Part shown: one piece after another, positions 1 through 9,108 of the stretch | How positions within the stretch are numbered: position 1 is the first letter of the stretch | How the letters are laid out: the number at the start of each line of letters is the position of its first letter | Assembly (NCBI GenBank): GCA_048886185.1 | Contig: JBHLKY010000006.1 | Coordinates: forward strand, 1 to 32,000 | Origin: Candidatus Hermodarchaeota archaeon | GTDB lineage: Archaea; Asgardarchaeota; Heimdallarchaeia; Hodarchaeales; Hodarchaeaceae | Direction of reading: 5' to 3' | Length of the DNA: 32,000 nt | The notes under the pieces: model-generated | Database searches by the model: none | Told to the model about the DNA's origin: nothing | Seen by the model: the letters and a program-made list of their open reading frames with translations, nothing else | Position numbers and translations under genes: made by a program

Positions 1-16
1 TGTTCACACGTTTCTA

Positions 17-1162
17 TTAATTTACAAAGGGATTATCATATTTGAGGATGACATCAGCCACTTCTGGTCTCATTTGCTCTTTTGGTGGTCTTTTTCCTTT
101 GATTAAGCTCTCTCTAATTTTTGTTCCACTAAAATTGATATGATACTCAGGAGGATGGGGACAGATCTTTTCATTCACTACTGATCCGCATTTTGTGCAA
201 TGTGAAAAAGATCTGAAGAACAGAGGGACAATATCTAAATCAGGAAAATCATCAAAAATGTCTTGTGCGGCAAACGGAGGGTAATAATCTCCTACACCTG
301 CGTGATCCCTACCGACAATAAAATGCGTACATCCATAATTTTTTCGCATAATAGCGTGTAAGATTGCTTCTTTAGGCCCTGCGTAGCGCATTTCTGTCAG
401 AAGAGTGACGAGAACTGCCCGTTGCTTAAGATAATAGTTATCAATTAGTTCCTGATAAGATTTTAAAATGACATCATCCTTAAAATCTCCTTGTTTCTTT
501 TTCCCAATGACTGGATTAATGAATAACCCATCTACGAAGGTTAAGGCAGCTTTTTGGACATACTCATGGCCAATATGAGGCGCATTTCGTGTCTGGAAGC
601 CCACAACTGTTTTCCATCCTTTAGCTCGGAATAACACACGAGACTCTTTGGGTGTCAAATGATATTGAGGGAATGGGACTTCGGGACGCTTTAGTAGATC
701 AATCGTGCCCCCTAGAAATGTTGTCTCTTTTGAAAATATCCTGTTCACTCCTGGGTGCTTTTGATCGGTAGTTCCAAATACTGCTTGTACCCATTTCTTT
801 TTATTTGGTTGAAATTTATCCTCAAGATCAAAAAGAGCTACCGGTTCTCCTTGATAGGTTAAAACGACTTGATTATCCTTTTCTATTTTAGTTGCTTGTG
901 TCTCATTCATATCAAAGGTGATTGGGATCGTCCATGCTAGGCCAGTGGTGAGTCGACTTGTTTTTAAGACTGATTCAAACTCTTGTTTCGTCATATATCC
1001 TTCTAATGGACTGAAAGTTCCAATAGCAATATTTTCAATTTCAATGTATGTTTCAAGATCAATTGCTATTTGCTCAAATTCGGTTATCTCGTCTTTCAGA
1101 CGACCTGATTGATTTGTAGAAAGAAGACGGTTGGTCAATCGTCCCCCGTGAGCTTTCACCAT
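17..1162 (-). CDS. sat: Sulfate adenylyltransferase (ATP sulfurylase, Sat type)
   Basis: 381 aa; QTRNAPHIGHE (QxRNxxHxGH) and VGRDHAG motifs; C-terminal CxxC..C.H zinc site (HCTKC..CPH) and FSGTKIR; AGGAG upstream overlapping the stop of the preceding gene. Confidence 0.96.
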   Translation of the reverse strand: MVKAHGGRLTNRLLSTNQSGRLKDEITEFEQIAIDLETYIEIENIAIGTFSPLEGYMTKQEFESVLKTSRLTTGLAWTIPITFDMNETQATKIEKDNQVVLTYQGEPVALFDLEDKFQPNKKKWVQAVFGTTDQKHPGVNRIFSKETTFLGGTIDLLKRPEVPFPQYHLTPKESRVLFRAKGWKTVVGFQTRNAPHIGHEYVQKAALTFVDGLFINPVIGKKKQGDFKDDVILKSYQELIDNYYLKQRAVLVTLLTEMRYAGPKEAILHAIMRKNYGCTHFIVGRDHAGVGDYYPPFAAQDIFDDFPDLDIVPLFFRSFSHCTKCGSVVNEKICPHPPEYHINFSGTKIRESLIKGKRPPKEQMRPEVADVILKYDNPFVN

Positions 1163-1175
1163 GGTGATCGGGCTC

Positions 1176-1382
1176 CTACAAATATCCTAGTCTTTCAAGA
1201 CGCTTCTTTATTTCTTCCTCTTCCTCTGGATCAAGATCATCCGTACTTTCTGACTGTAAAACCTGCATTAAAATGTGTTCAACGTAATCGTCGACTGATT
1301 GAAAATTATTTTGCTTGATTTTCTGTTCTAGCAATTTAAATAGATGTTTAGAAATATTTATTGCTTCCATTTTCGAAGACAT
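1176..1382 (-). CDS. Small CopG/ribbon-helix-helix family protein with acidic linker and LxxLGY tail
   Basis: 68 aa; beta-strand AINIS followed by two helices (FQSVDDYVEHIL); ends EEEEEIKKRLERLGYL; 13 nt gap to sat start. Confidence 0.75.
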   Translation of the reverse strand: MSSKMEAINISKHLFKLLEQKIKQNNFQSVDDYVEHILMQVLQSESTDDLDPEEEEEIKKRLERLGYL

Positions 1383-1607
1383 TGCTCTTACCTACTAATT
1401 ACACTGCATTATTCTTCTTTTATACAAATAAAATCTATTTAAGACACTATAAGATTGAAAAAATAATGTTTAATTAACTATTATGATTTCTGAATTTCTC
1501 TCCCAAAACAATAAAAAATGGAAATGATGCTATTCTTTACCTATTATCAGTTTTATATTTCTCTTAAATAATGTCAATCATCCAAAATAGATAGTTAATT
1601 CTGTATT

Positions 1608-1823
1608 TTAAGTATATCCTAGTTTTTCAAGTTTTTCCAGCACTTGTTTTTTATCGTCCTTTGAGAATGGTATTTCTCCCTTCTTTGGTTCTGTAACTAG
1701 CTCTCGAAGAATGAACGCAACGAATCTCGATACTGATGTAAAACCTGTTCCTTCAATGCGCTGTTGAACCTTTTCATACAGGATTTTTGGGATGGATACT
1801 GTTGTATAGTCAGATGGACTCAA
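1608..1823 (-). CDS. Small CopG/ribbon-helix-helix family protein, paralog of 1176..1382
   Basis: 71 aa; TTVSIPKILYEKV...GFTSVSRFVAFILRE is a typical archaeal RHH pattern; ends LEKLEKLGYT; TTG start with GGTGA SD just upstream. Confidence 0.8.
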   Translation of the reverse strand: MSPSDYTTVSIPKILYEKVQQRIEGTGFTSVSRFVAFILRELVTEPKKGEIPFSKDDKKQVLEKLEKLGYT

Positions 1824-2062
1824 TTAATCACCACAGTTTCGTGTGTTATAATAAATGATTTTTCTTATCACTTTATTTTATTGAATATTCTCCTATTATT
1901 TTAATATTTATCATTCCTTTCAAGCTTTCATTGTCAGATGCTAGATAATGAAAAGGAAGATTATGTTAAGATTAGTATAGTGAGAGCCTAGGAAAATTCA
2001 ATTCAACCAATATATAAGAAAATTTTACCAAATTTTCCATTAATTACTTTTAGGTTGGATTA

Positions 2063-3199
2063 CTAGCCAGAGAAGAGGAACCCGAATAAGACAAAGGATG
2101 TAATTAATGTCAATATTGTATTATAAATAGTGGCCACTGTATAGGCTCCTGTTGGTTTCCAACCCATTTTAGTAAAATCAGAAAGTGTTGTAGTTAAGCC
2201 AATGCATACAAAAGCCATGGCAAAGAACCACTTGGCGATATTTCCCAATAAGTTAGCTGTCTCTAAGGGTATGATACCAATTAAGGGTAACGCAAGAACC
2301 ATGGTTAACAAGAATCCAATCACAAATTTGGGAAATCGAGTCCATAGTTCCTTTGGACTTGGACGGAGTTCATCTTTTTTCTCATAAAATGAGAAATACA
2401 AAGCCAAGAAAAAAGCAACAAAGCCAATCATTACATTTTGAGTTATTTTAACGATTGCTGCTAAATCAGCTGCTGTTTCGCCATGTATCGATCCAGCAGC
2501 TAAAACAGCTGCTGTTGTATCGATGTTTCCGCCAATCCATGCGCCAGCAACAACATCTGGGAAGCCTAAGAATAGTGCAACGTAAGGAAAAATGAACATA
2601 AGGGGGAGGGAAAAAGCTATTACAAGCGTAACGGTATGAGCTAATTGTTTCTTTTCTGCTAGTACAGCACCAGCTGCAGCAATCGCTGCTGATACACCAC
2701 AAACTGAAACAGCTGTTGCTAAGACAGCAGCAAATTTTGCTTCAAGTTTGAATATTTTAACTGCAGTATAATATGCAACCATAAAAACAGTGATTATAAC
2801 AAGCATCGCTTGGAGAAATGCTGCTAGAAAATACCCCGCCAATACATCGATTTTAGCAAAATCAGCACCAATTTTTGCTCCATAAATGACTAAACCGATT
2901 TTTAAGAGGAGTTCTGTACGGATCGTCCCTTTAAATTGTCTATAGGTAGTACTTGACGCTGGTATTGCTACTAATACATTACTTATGATTAAACCAATTA
3001 TAACAGCATATACTACGTATTCTATCACTGGTTTGCTAGTATTTGGTTCCACTATCCTGGGAAGAAAGTTAGATGTCCAAGCTAGAAGTATTAGAACTGG
3101 TAACGTAACTATAAAAATCAAATAGGATGTCTTAGCAGAAAGTGGTGGTACTTTCATTTCAGTATTATCATTTTCTAACGTATTATTCCTATCTGTCAT
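2063..3199 (-). CDS. YeiH / putative sulfate exporter (PSE) family membrane transporter
   Basis: About 10 hydrophobic segments; motifs LLKIGLVIYGA, SVCGVSAAIA, GGNIDTTAAV, IVKITQNVMIG. ORF track starts at 3217, but ATG 3199 (MTDRNN) lies 2 nt after the stop of the upstream small ORF and is preferred. Confidence 0.85.
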   Translation of the reverse strand: MTDRNNTLENDNTEMKVPPLSAKTSYLIFIVTLPVLILLAWTSNFLPRIVEPNTSKPVIEYVVYAVIIGLIISNVLVAIPASSTTYRQFKGTIRTELLLKIGLVIYGAKIGADFAKIDVLAGYFLAAFLQAMLVIITVFMVAYYTAVKIFKLEAKFAAVLATAVSVCGVSAAIAAAGAVLAEKKQLAHTVTLVIAFSLPLMFIFPYVALFLGFPDVVAGAWIGGNIDTTAAVLAAGSIHGETAADLAAIVKITQNVMIGFVAFFLALYFSFYEKKDELRPSPKELWTRFPKFVIGFLLTMVLALPLIGIIPLETANLLGNIAKWFFAMAFVCIGLTTTLSDFTKMGWKPTGAYTVATIYNTILTLITSFVLFGFLFSG

Positions 3200-3201
3200 T
3201 A

Positions 3202-3387
3202 TTACCACGTGATCCAATCAAGTAATCCTAATAAAGCAAGTAACACGATGATTAACCCAACAAAGAGGGATAACCAGTCTTCATTTATCCACTGAAAATA
3301 TCGCATAAATCCTTCTGAAGGAGTTTTCTCATTTTGGCCACTAATGACCATATCTTTTGTCTTTTTTTCGCTATTAAGCCCCATCAT
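3202..3387 (-). CDS. Small single-TM membrane protein, probable detached N-terminal helix of the YeiH-family transporter
   Basis: 61 aa; NEDWLSLFVGLIIVLLALLGLL resembles the EDW-W-G N-terminal helix of long YeiH proteins (recalled, not searched); TAA-TA-ATG junction with the transporter; GGAG upstream. Confidence 0.65.
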   Translation of the reverse strand: MMGLNSEKKTKDMVISGQNEKTPSEGFMRYFQWINEDWLSLFVGLIIVLLALLGLLDWITW

Positions 3388-3546
3388 TTATTCTCCTTTG
3401 GATAGAGATGCTATTCTTAACGGAAAACACACTGGATCAGTATTCTTTTAATAGATATCGGTATAAAACATTATTAGACTTGGAACAACTCTATATATAT
3501 TCCAATGATTTTACTTTTCCTTAAGCGATAATTTTAGGAAATAACC

Positions 3547-4653
3547 ATGCCAACCATTTCTTATTTCATCAGTGATCACGGATTTGGACACGCTTCTCGG
3601 AGTGTAGCTATTATCCGCTCTTTATTAGAATGTGATTTAGAGCTTTCAATCAATATTCACACATCAAATCCATTATCTTTTGTAAGAAGGTCATTAATCA
3701 ATATTGATGACCCTCAACGCGTGGATTTTCATAAACAAACCAATGATATAGGTTTTATTGGAGATAAGACAACAGGTAAGATAGATTATCAAAATACAGC
3801 GAAAGAGGTCAATTCGTGGATAAAGGAGTGGTATTCCACATACATTTTTGAAGAATACCAATACCTAAAAGCCAAAGGTGTTGATCTTATTATATCTGAT
3901 ATTGCTCCTCAACCCTTCTTACTGGCAGAAAAGCTAGAAATCCCTAGCATTGCCATTAGTAATTTCACTTGGCTTGATATCTATCAGAACCCTGCTTTTA
4001 AGCTTGACGATTTGAATTCTATCTGGAAAGCCTATCGTGAAGCATCGCTTGGGTTACTGTTACCTTTTAACTTGAATAACACTGTTTTCTGTTCAACGTT
4101 AGAGACGCGTTTGGTCAGCCGTACTCCAACTCGTACCAAGCTCCAGATGCGTAAGAAATTAAGCTTAGAATCAAGTATACCAGTCATTTATGCTGGTACA
4201 GGTTTGTCATTAAGAACTCCCTTCTTAAAGGAATGGCTTGAAAACACTGAGGTAACATTCATCATTGGAGGGCAACATGAACTAAGGCATAATAATGTAA
4301 AAGCCATTCCAACTGATGACTCTGAGGGTCAAGATTACATTGCTTGCAGTGATCTTGCCCTTATAAAACTTGGATACAGCTCTGTTTCAGAAGCAATTCG
4401 TTCTAAAGTTCCAATTATTGGCATAGATTTTCCTGAGACTGCAGAAACAAAGCACATGAAAAAAATCATTGAAGATCTTGGAGTTGGAATATGTATTACA
4501 TCTGAAGAATTTTTTCAAGGAAGATGGCAAAAAGAAATCTCAAATGTATTTGAGATGAGGCGGAATTATTCACATTTACCAGAACGATTTGTTAAAGCTG
4601 GTGAAACACAGATTGCTAATATTATTTTAGACCTTCTCGAAGAAATTATATGA
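3547..4653 (+). CDS. GT-B fold glycosyltransferase-like protein (GT28 / L-arabinokinase N-terminal-domain-like)
   Basis: 368 aa; ISDHGFGHASRS N-terminal motif, DLIISDIAP, KLGYSSVSEA in the C-terminal Rossmann domain. Confidence 0.7.
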   Translation: MPTISYFISDHGFGHASRSVAIIRSLLECDLELSINIHTSNPLSFVRRSLINIDDPQRVDFHKQTNDIGFIGDKTTGKIDYQNTAKEVNSWIKEWYSTYIFEEYQYLKAKGVDLIISDIAPQPFLLAEKLEIPSIAISNFTWLDIYQNPAFKLDDLNSIWKAYREASLGLLLPFNLNNTVFCSTLETRLVSRTPTRTKLQMRKKLSLESSIPVIYAGTGLSLRTPFLKEWLENTEVTFIIGGQHELRHNNVKAIPTDDSEGQDYIACSDLALIKLGYSSVSEAIRSKVPIIGIDFPETAETKHMKKIIEDLGVGICITSEEFFQGRWQKEISNVFEMRRNYSHLPERFVKAGETQIANIILDLLEEII

Positions 4654-4683
4654 TTTTCAAGTATGATTTTCCTATCTAAGAAT

Positions 4684-5253
4684 CTATCTTGAAGTCTTCA
4701 ATAGATCAGCTTTAGTAATTATACCACCAATTTTTCCCTTTTCTGTAACTAAGACTGCTGCTGAAAATTGAAGTAAGCTCGTAATAGCATTTAGTGGAGT
4801 TTTTCGATTTACAACAGGAAAGACATCATCCATGATTTCTTCAACTGGTTTGTCTACTATTTCTTCTAAGGTCTTCCCTCTTAACAATACATCTAACAAA
4901 GTCTCTTCAGTCACACTTCCGATATTTTTTCCATTTGATGAAAAAACTGGGACTTGAGAAATCCCTTCTTTTCTCATTAATTCGAATACGTGTTGAATAG
5001 TGTCATTGGTTTTTACAAATATTACTGGTGACATAATTTCATAAGCTTTCGTCTGATTTTCATGGTCAATTGAAAAAAGGATCTTATGCATTCGTTGTAT
5101 CAGCTTATATGAGGGATTAATAGATCCGGCCTCTATCTTTGCTATCATTGATTGCGAGACCTCCATCCTTTGAGCCAATTCTTCCTGTGTAAGCCCCATG
5201 GATTTACGCATTCGTCTGAATTCATCCAAATCAGGTAATACCGCCCTCGACAA
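4684..5253 (-). CDS. XRE-type HTH plus tandem CBS domain transcriptional regulator (archaeal COG3620-like)
   Basis: 189 aa; GLTQEELAQRMEVSQSMIAKIEAGSINPS HTH, then CBS pair (ISQVPV..GSVTEETLL; GIITKADLL); TTG start. Confidence 0.9.
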   Translation of the reverse strand: MSRAVLPDLDEFRRMRKSMGLTQEELAQRMEVSQSMIAKIEAGSINPSYKLIQRMHKILFSIDHENQTKAYEIMSPVIFVKTNDTIQHVFELMRKEGISQVPVFSSNGKNIGSVTEETLLDVLLRGKTLEEIVDKPVEEIMDDVFPVVNRKTPLNAITSLLQFSAAVLVTEKGKIGGIITKADLLKTSR

Positions 5254-5395
5254 CTCATTTTCCGCCGTACATATAAGTTTAATAAAATTCAGTTTGATGT
5301 TCGGAGAATAAAATTAGTTAAAAAATATTCCCCACATGAATATTCTTAACAGTAACATATGAATTGAGTTTAAAAAAACACATCTTTGATTCGCA

Positions 5396-6451
5396 TTGTC
5401 TCAATATTATTCTATTTTGACAGGTATCCATCCCCTTTCGGAAACTCTAATCAAAAGAATCTTTGATTTCAAGTATGGCCGAGCCTCTTCGCCTGAGCAT
5501 GTAAAAATTGCCTTTGAAAAAGATATTAAAGATTTAATAACCCTATTATCAGATGCGTTTCCAATTGCTATCTCTATTGGAAATCTAGGGTGGTGGGATC
5601 TTTTCAGGCCATTCTCAGAGAAATTACAAGGTCTTTCTCGTGGGGATGGGATCGGAGATCTTCCAGTCGCACGTAATCCATTAACGAACACTTTTTATCG
5701 ACAACCTATTGTTGAGGGAGAAATTTCCCATACTGATTCTGTACTCCTAACAGCAACCCATCCTTTTTTAGATGGTAACATCATTCAAACCAAATTTTTA
5801 CCAATGGAATCTAGACGGAAGGGGTGGAGTTTATGTTTACCAGGGCCTTTTTCTTTCTCCAGAGCTGTTATTTTTAACTCAGAGGGTCAAAAAATCTACA
5901 GAACAAGAAACGATTTTATGAACGCGTTTTCCCAGATCTTGAAACACGAGCTCTCATATCTCTCTAAAGAAGGGTTTTCCCACATTATTATCGATGAAAG
6001 CTCCCTTGCTTGGGAGGAAGTAGATACTGAGACATTATCCCTGTTGGGGGATTTATGGAACCAAATCATCGCTAGTTCATCGTTAAAGATTATTTTTCAT
6101 ACTTACCAAAATCTAAACGAAGAAAAGTTTCAATTACTCTTGGAATCTAAAGCTTGGGCTATTGGTATCGATTGTGTCGCGAATAATCCTCGAGAGTTAG
6201 CTAATTATGATTTTAATGGAAAAAACCTCTTGGCTGGTGTTGTTGATGCCCAAAGTTATCTTAGAGATGCTAATGATAATCTATTAGTTGAAACTGATAA
6301 CGAATTAGTCAAATTAGGAAGTGTATTAGCTAAAACAGAAGCAGAGAATATCATTCTTGCTCCAACGACACGGTTAGAATTTGTCCCACGATCTGTGGCT
6401 GATTTGAAAATACAACAGCTGGGAAAAGCCATAGCCGCATTGCGAGGATAG
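5396..6451 (+). CDS. Cobalamin-independent methionine synthase family, N-terminal-half-like subunit (no Zn ligands)
   Basis: 351 aa; TGIHP, WWDLFRPF, TNTFYRQP, IIIDESSL, AGVVDA and LAPTTRLEFVP match the MetE N-barrel pattern; lacks the HxC and terminal Cys ligands; TTG start; 11 nt gap to next gene. Confidence 0.75.
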   Translation: MSQYYSILTGIHPLSETLIKRIFDFKYGRASSPEHVKIAFEKDIKDLITLLSDAFPIAISIGNLGWWDLFRPFSEKLQGLSRGDGIGDLPVARNPLTNTFYRQPIVEGEISHTDSVLLTATHPFLDGNIIQTKFLPMESRRKGWSLCLPGPFSFSRAVIFNSEGQKIYRTRNDFMNAFSQILKHELSYLSKEGFSHIIIDESSLAWEEVDTETLSLLGDLWNQIIASSSLKIIFHTYQNLNEEKFQLLLESKAWAIGIDCVANNPRELANYDFNGKNLLAGVVDAQSYLRDANDNLLVETDNELVKLGSVLAKTEAENIILAPTTRLEFVPRSVADLKIQQLGKAIAALRG

Positions 6452-6462
6452 GAGGTGGTATA

Positions 6463-7734
6463 GTGATGATTGATCAAGCTTATCCTTTTAATTTATTATT
6501 ACCAACTCATGAAATTGGTTCAATGCGAAAACTCAATGCAACAATACTCGCTTTACAGGGAAGGCCTATCCCCCCTGAACATCTAGAGGAAATCAACTAT
6601 TGGTGGCCAAAATTAGAGTTAGGGGATCCTGATGAGGCAATAACTTTACTTACGAATAAGCCTTCAAGCACCACGAGTGATTTAGAAGAGTGGCAATTGG
6701 AAGTATTAAAGCTAAGACTGCAATTTAATGTCCGCTTCTTAGAAAGTACAGGATTAGATTTCATTTTCAGCGGAGAAGCGTGGAGACGGGAGATGTATGA
6801 GCATGCTGCCCAAGATATTGATGGAATTTATTTAGAAAAAGAACATATCAGATCGTTTGATGATCGTTTCTACAAACCCGGTGTTCGTGTTAAAAACGTG
6901 GCTGTCCGACGGAAAAAACCAATTTATATTGATGAATTGGAGTACACTCAAGCCATCGCTAAAAAGCCACTCAGATTTTGTTTCACAGGTCCTTATACGA
7001 TTTTTAATTGGACTATTAAGCCCTCAAGCGATTCTCAATTCTTATTTGATCTAGTTGATAGTGTTTTCATCCCCGAGATTAAAGAAGCAATCAAAACTGG
7101 TGTTCGCTTTATCACATCTGATGAACCTGCTTACACTACTATTCCTAGCGATAGAGACCTATATACAGAAGCTTATAACAGATTTTTCAAAGGTGTTGGC
7201 AGAATTGCGAAAGAACATGATTGCCTGCTAGGATTTCATACCTGTTTCTCCCATCGTTATGATATTTTATATGAAGACCTTCCAGTCATTCCATGGGATT
7301 TTGTAAGCCTAGAATATGCGAATCGTGATTTTAAAACACTTGGAACAACTCATAGTGAACGACCGTCTTATAAAGAAGGAATAGAAAGGGTGATTCAAGT
7401 ATTTAATGAAGGCAGTCGTTGTAAATTTGCACTAGGTGTGCTAGAAGTTCACGCGGATCACCAATTTACGGAAGAAGAGCAACAGTTGGGAACAGCTTAT
7501 AATCATTTACGCGATCTGATTCGAGATCGGCTTCTTTATCAAACACGGTTAATATATAACGAATTGGGGGAAGAAGGGGCCTTTCTATTACTTTCTGCTC
7601 CAGATTGCGGATTAAGACCTGTTCAAAAAATAAATTATCTGCATACAATGCTTTCTGCTATGGTTGATGGAACTCAAGTAGCACGAAAGCTCCTAGTTGA
7701 AGAGTTGAATTTACCTTCCAAAAGGATTAATTGA
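6463..7734 (+). CDS. metE: Cobalamin-independent methionine synthase, catalytic (C-terminal-half) subunit
   Basis: 423 aa; HEIGS, GEAWRREMYEH, TGPYTIFNW, DEPA; Zn ligands GFHTC (HxC), SLEYA (E) and PDCGLR (C); SD GGAGGTGG; start GTG 6463 or ATG 6466. Confidence 0.85.
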   Translation: MMIDQAYPFNLLLPTHEIGSMRKLNATILALQGRPIPPEHLEEINYWWPKLELGDPDEAITLLTNKPSSTTSDLEEWQLEVLKLRLQFNVRFLESTGLDFIFSGEAWRREMYEHAAQDIDGIYLEKEHIRSFDDRFYKPGVRVKNVAVRRKKPIYIDELEYTQAIAKKPLRFCFTGPYTIFNWTIKPSSDSQFLFDLVDSVFIPEIKEAIKTGVRFITSDEPAYTTIPSDRDLYTEAYNRFFKGVGRIAKEHDCLLGFHTCFSHRYDILYEDLPVIPWDFVSLEYANRDFKTLGTTHSERPSYKEGIERVIQVFNEGSRCKFALGVLEVHADHQFTEEEQQLGTAYNHLRDLIRDRLLYQTRLIYNELGEEGAFLLLSAPDCGLRPVQKINYLHTMLSAMVDGTQVARKLLVEELNLPSKRIN

Positions 7735-7793
7735 AATGAACTGTAGTTGTTTCAAAAATATACGAAGAAAATTAAGAAAGAAGGAATGAAGAA

Positions 7794-8957
7794 ATGGTTT
7801 CTGCTCGTCATTTATTTACCTCTGAATCTGTTACCGAAGGTCATCCAGATAAAATGGCTGACCAAATATCGGATGCAATATTAGACGCAATTTTAGAAAA
7901 TGATCCCCATGCCCATGTAGCATGTGAAACATACTTAACCACCGGAATGGCTTTAATTGGCGGAGAAATTTCTACAACGACATATGTTGATATTCAACAG
8001 GTCGTTCGCGATAAAATTAAAGACATAGGCTACACAGACTCGAGAATGGGTTTTGATTACAATTCTGTTGCGGTGTTAAATGCTATCCACGAACAAAGCA
8101 CAGATATTTCGCAAGGTATCGAACGAATCCGTCCAGAAGAACAGGGTGCTGGAGATCAAGGGATGATGTTTGGATATGCCTGCAAAGAAACTGACTCGCT
8201 AATGCCTTTACCAATTGTACTTGCTCACGGATTAACAAAGCAACTAGCCGTAGCACGAAAAAATAATGAGATTACGTGGCTACGTCCTGATGGAAAATCT
8301 CAAGTAACAGTTGATTATAGTAATGGAAAACCAATTAGTGTATCCTCGGTTGTTATTGCTGCACAACATAGTGAAGAGGTCACCCATGGCGAAATTAAAG
8401 AGGAAATCATTTCAAAAGTAATCATGAAAGTAATTCCTAAACAATACTTGACAGATGAAACAGAGTACTTCATTAATGAAACGGGACGCTTTGTCATAGG
8501 GGGTCCACATGGTGATACTGGATTAACGGGTCGTAAGATCATTGTAGACACATATGGTGGTGTTGGTTCACATGGAGGTGGTTGTTTCTCAGGGAAGGAT
8601 CCCTCTAAAGTAGATCGTTCTGGTTCCTATGTCGCACGCTGGGCAGCAAAAAATGTTGTGGCAGCTGGATTAGCGAATGAATGTGAGATTCAAATTGCCT
8701 ATGCTATTGGTGTCGCCAAACCACTGTGTATCAATCTGGACACTAAAGAAACGAACATTATTCCAGAACTAGATATTTTAGATCTTATCAAGCAGCATTT
8801 TGATTTCCGACCAGGTATAGTGATAGAGCGACTTAAGCTTAAACGACCGATCTACGCGAAAACAGCAGCGTATGGTCATTTTGGCCGTGATGATCCTGAT
8901 TTCACATGGGAAAATACGGATATGGCTCAGATTTTACGTGAAGATGCTGGGATATAA
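7794..8957 (+). CDS. metK: S-adenosylmethionine synthetase, bacterial/eukaryotic type
   Basis: 387 aa; [59 protein letters not shown]. Confidence 0.98.
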   Translation: MVSARHLFTSESVTEGHPDKMADQISDAILDAILENDPHAHVACETYLTTGMALIGGEISTTTYVDIQQVVRDKIKDIGYTDSRMGFDYNSVAVLNAIHEQSTDISQGIERIRPEEQGAGDQGMMFGYACKETDSLMPLPIVLAHGLTKQLAVARKNNEITWLRPDGKSQVTVDYSNGKPISVSSVVIAAQHSEEVTHGEIKEEIISKVIMKVIPKQYLTDETEYFINETGRFVIGGPHGDTGLTGRKIIVDTYGGVGSHGGGCFSGKDPSKVDRSGSYVARWAAKNVVAAGLANECEIQIAYAIGVAKPLCINLDTKETNIIPELDILDLIKQHFDFRPGIVIERLKLKRPIYAKTAAYGHFGRDDPDFTWENTDMAQILREDAGI

Positions 8958-9108
8958 TTATAGGTTTATCTCTGGGTTATTATTCGCTCCTGTCTCTGAA
9001 ATCATATATGAGAAAAGTCACCTTTGCTTGATTGTTATTCATTAATTTCTTAAAGTTACCATATTATCGAATTTTGATTAATTATAGAATAAATTTTTGG
9101 TGTAAACG

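Noticed and set aside
918-1318. Plus-strand ORFs 918..1112 and 1109..1318
   Set aside because: Antisense shadows of sat and the RHH gene; no motifs
2202-2702. ORFs 2202..2387 (+) and 2466..2702 (-), the latter Cys/Trp-rich
   Set aside because: Antisense or off-frame within the YeiH gene; Cys richness comes from repeated GCT/GCA alanine codons read out of frame
4649-4671. TATGATTTTC direct repeat between convergent genes
   Set aside because: Only two short AT-rich copies; at most part of a terminator region
5254-5395. SAM riboswitch upstream of the met operon
   Set aside because: Region is short, AT-rich and lacks the conserved stems of SAM riboswitches
5407-8551. Short ORFs overlapping metE/metK (5407..5691, 6256..6477, 6857..7054, 7466..7648, 8315..8551)
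   Set aside because: Fully inside well-supported genes on the other strand or frame
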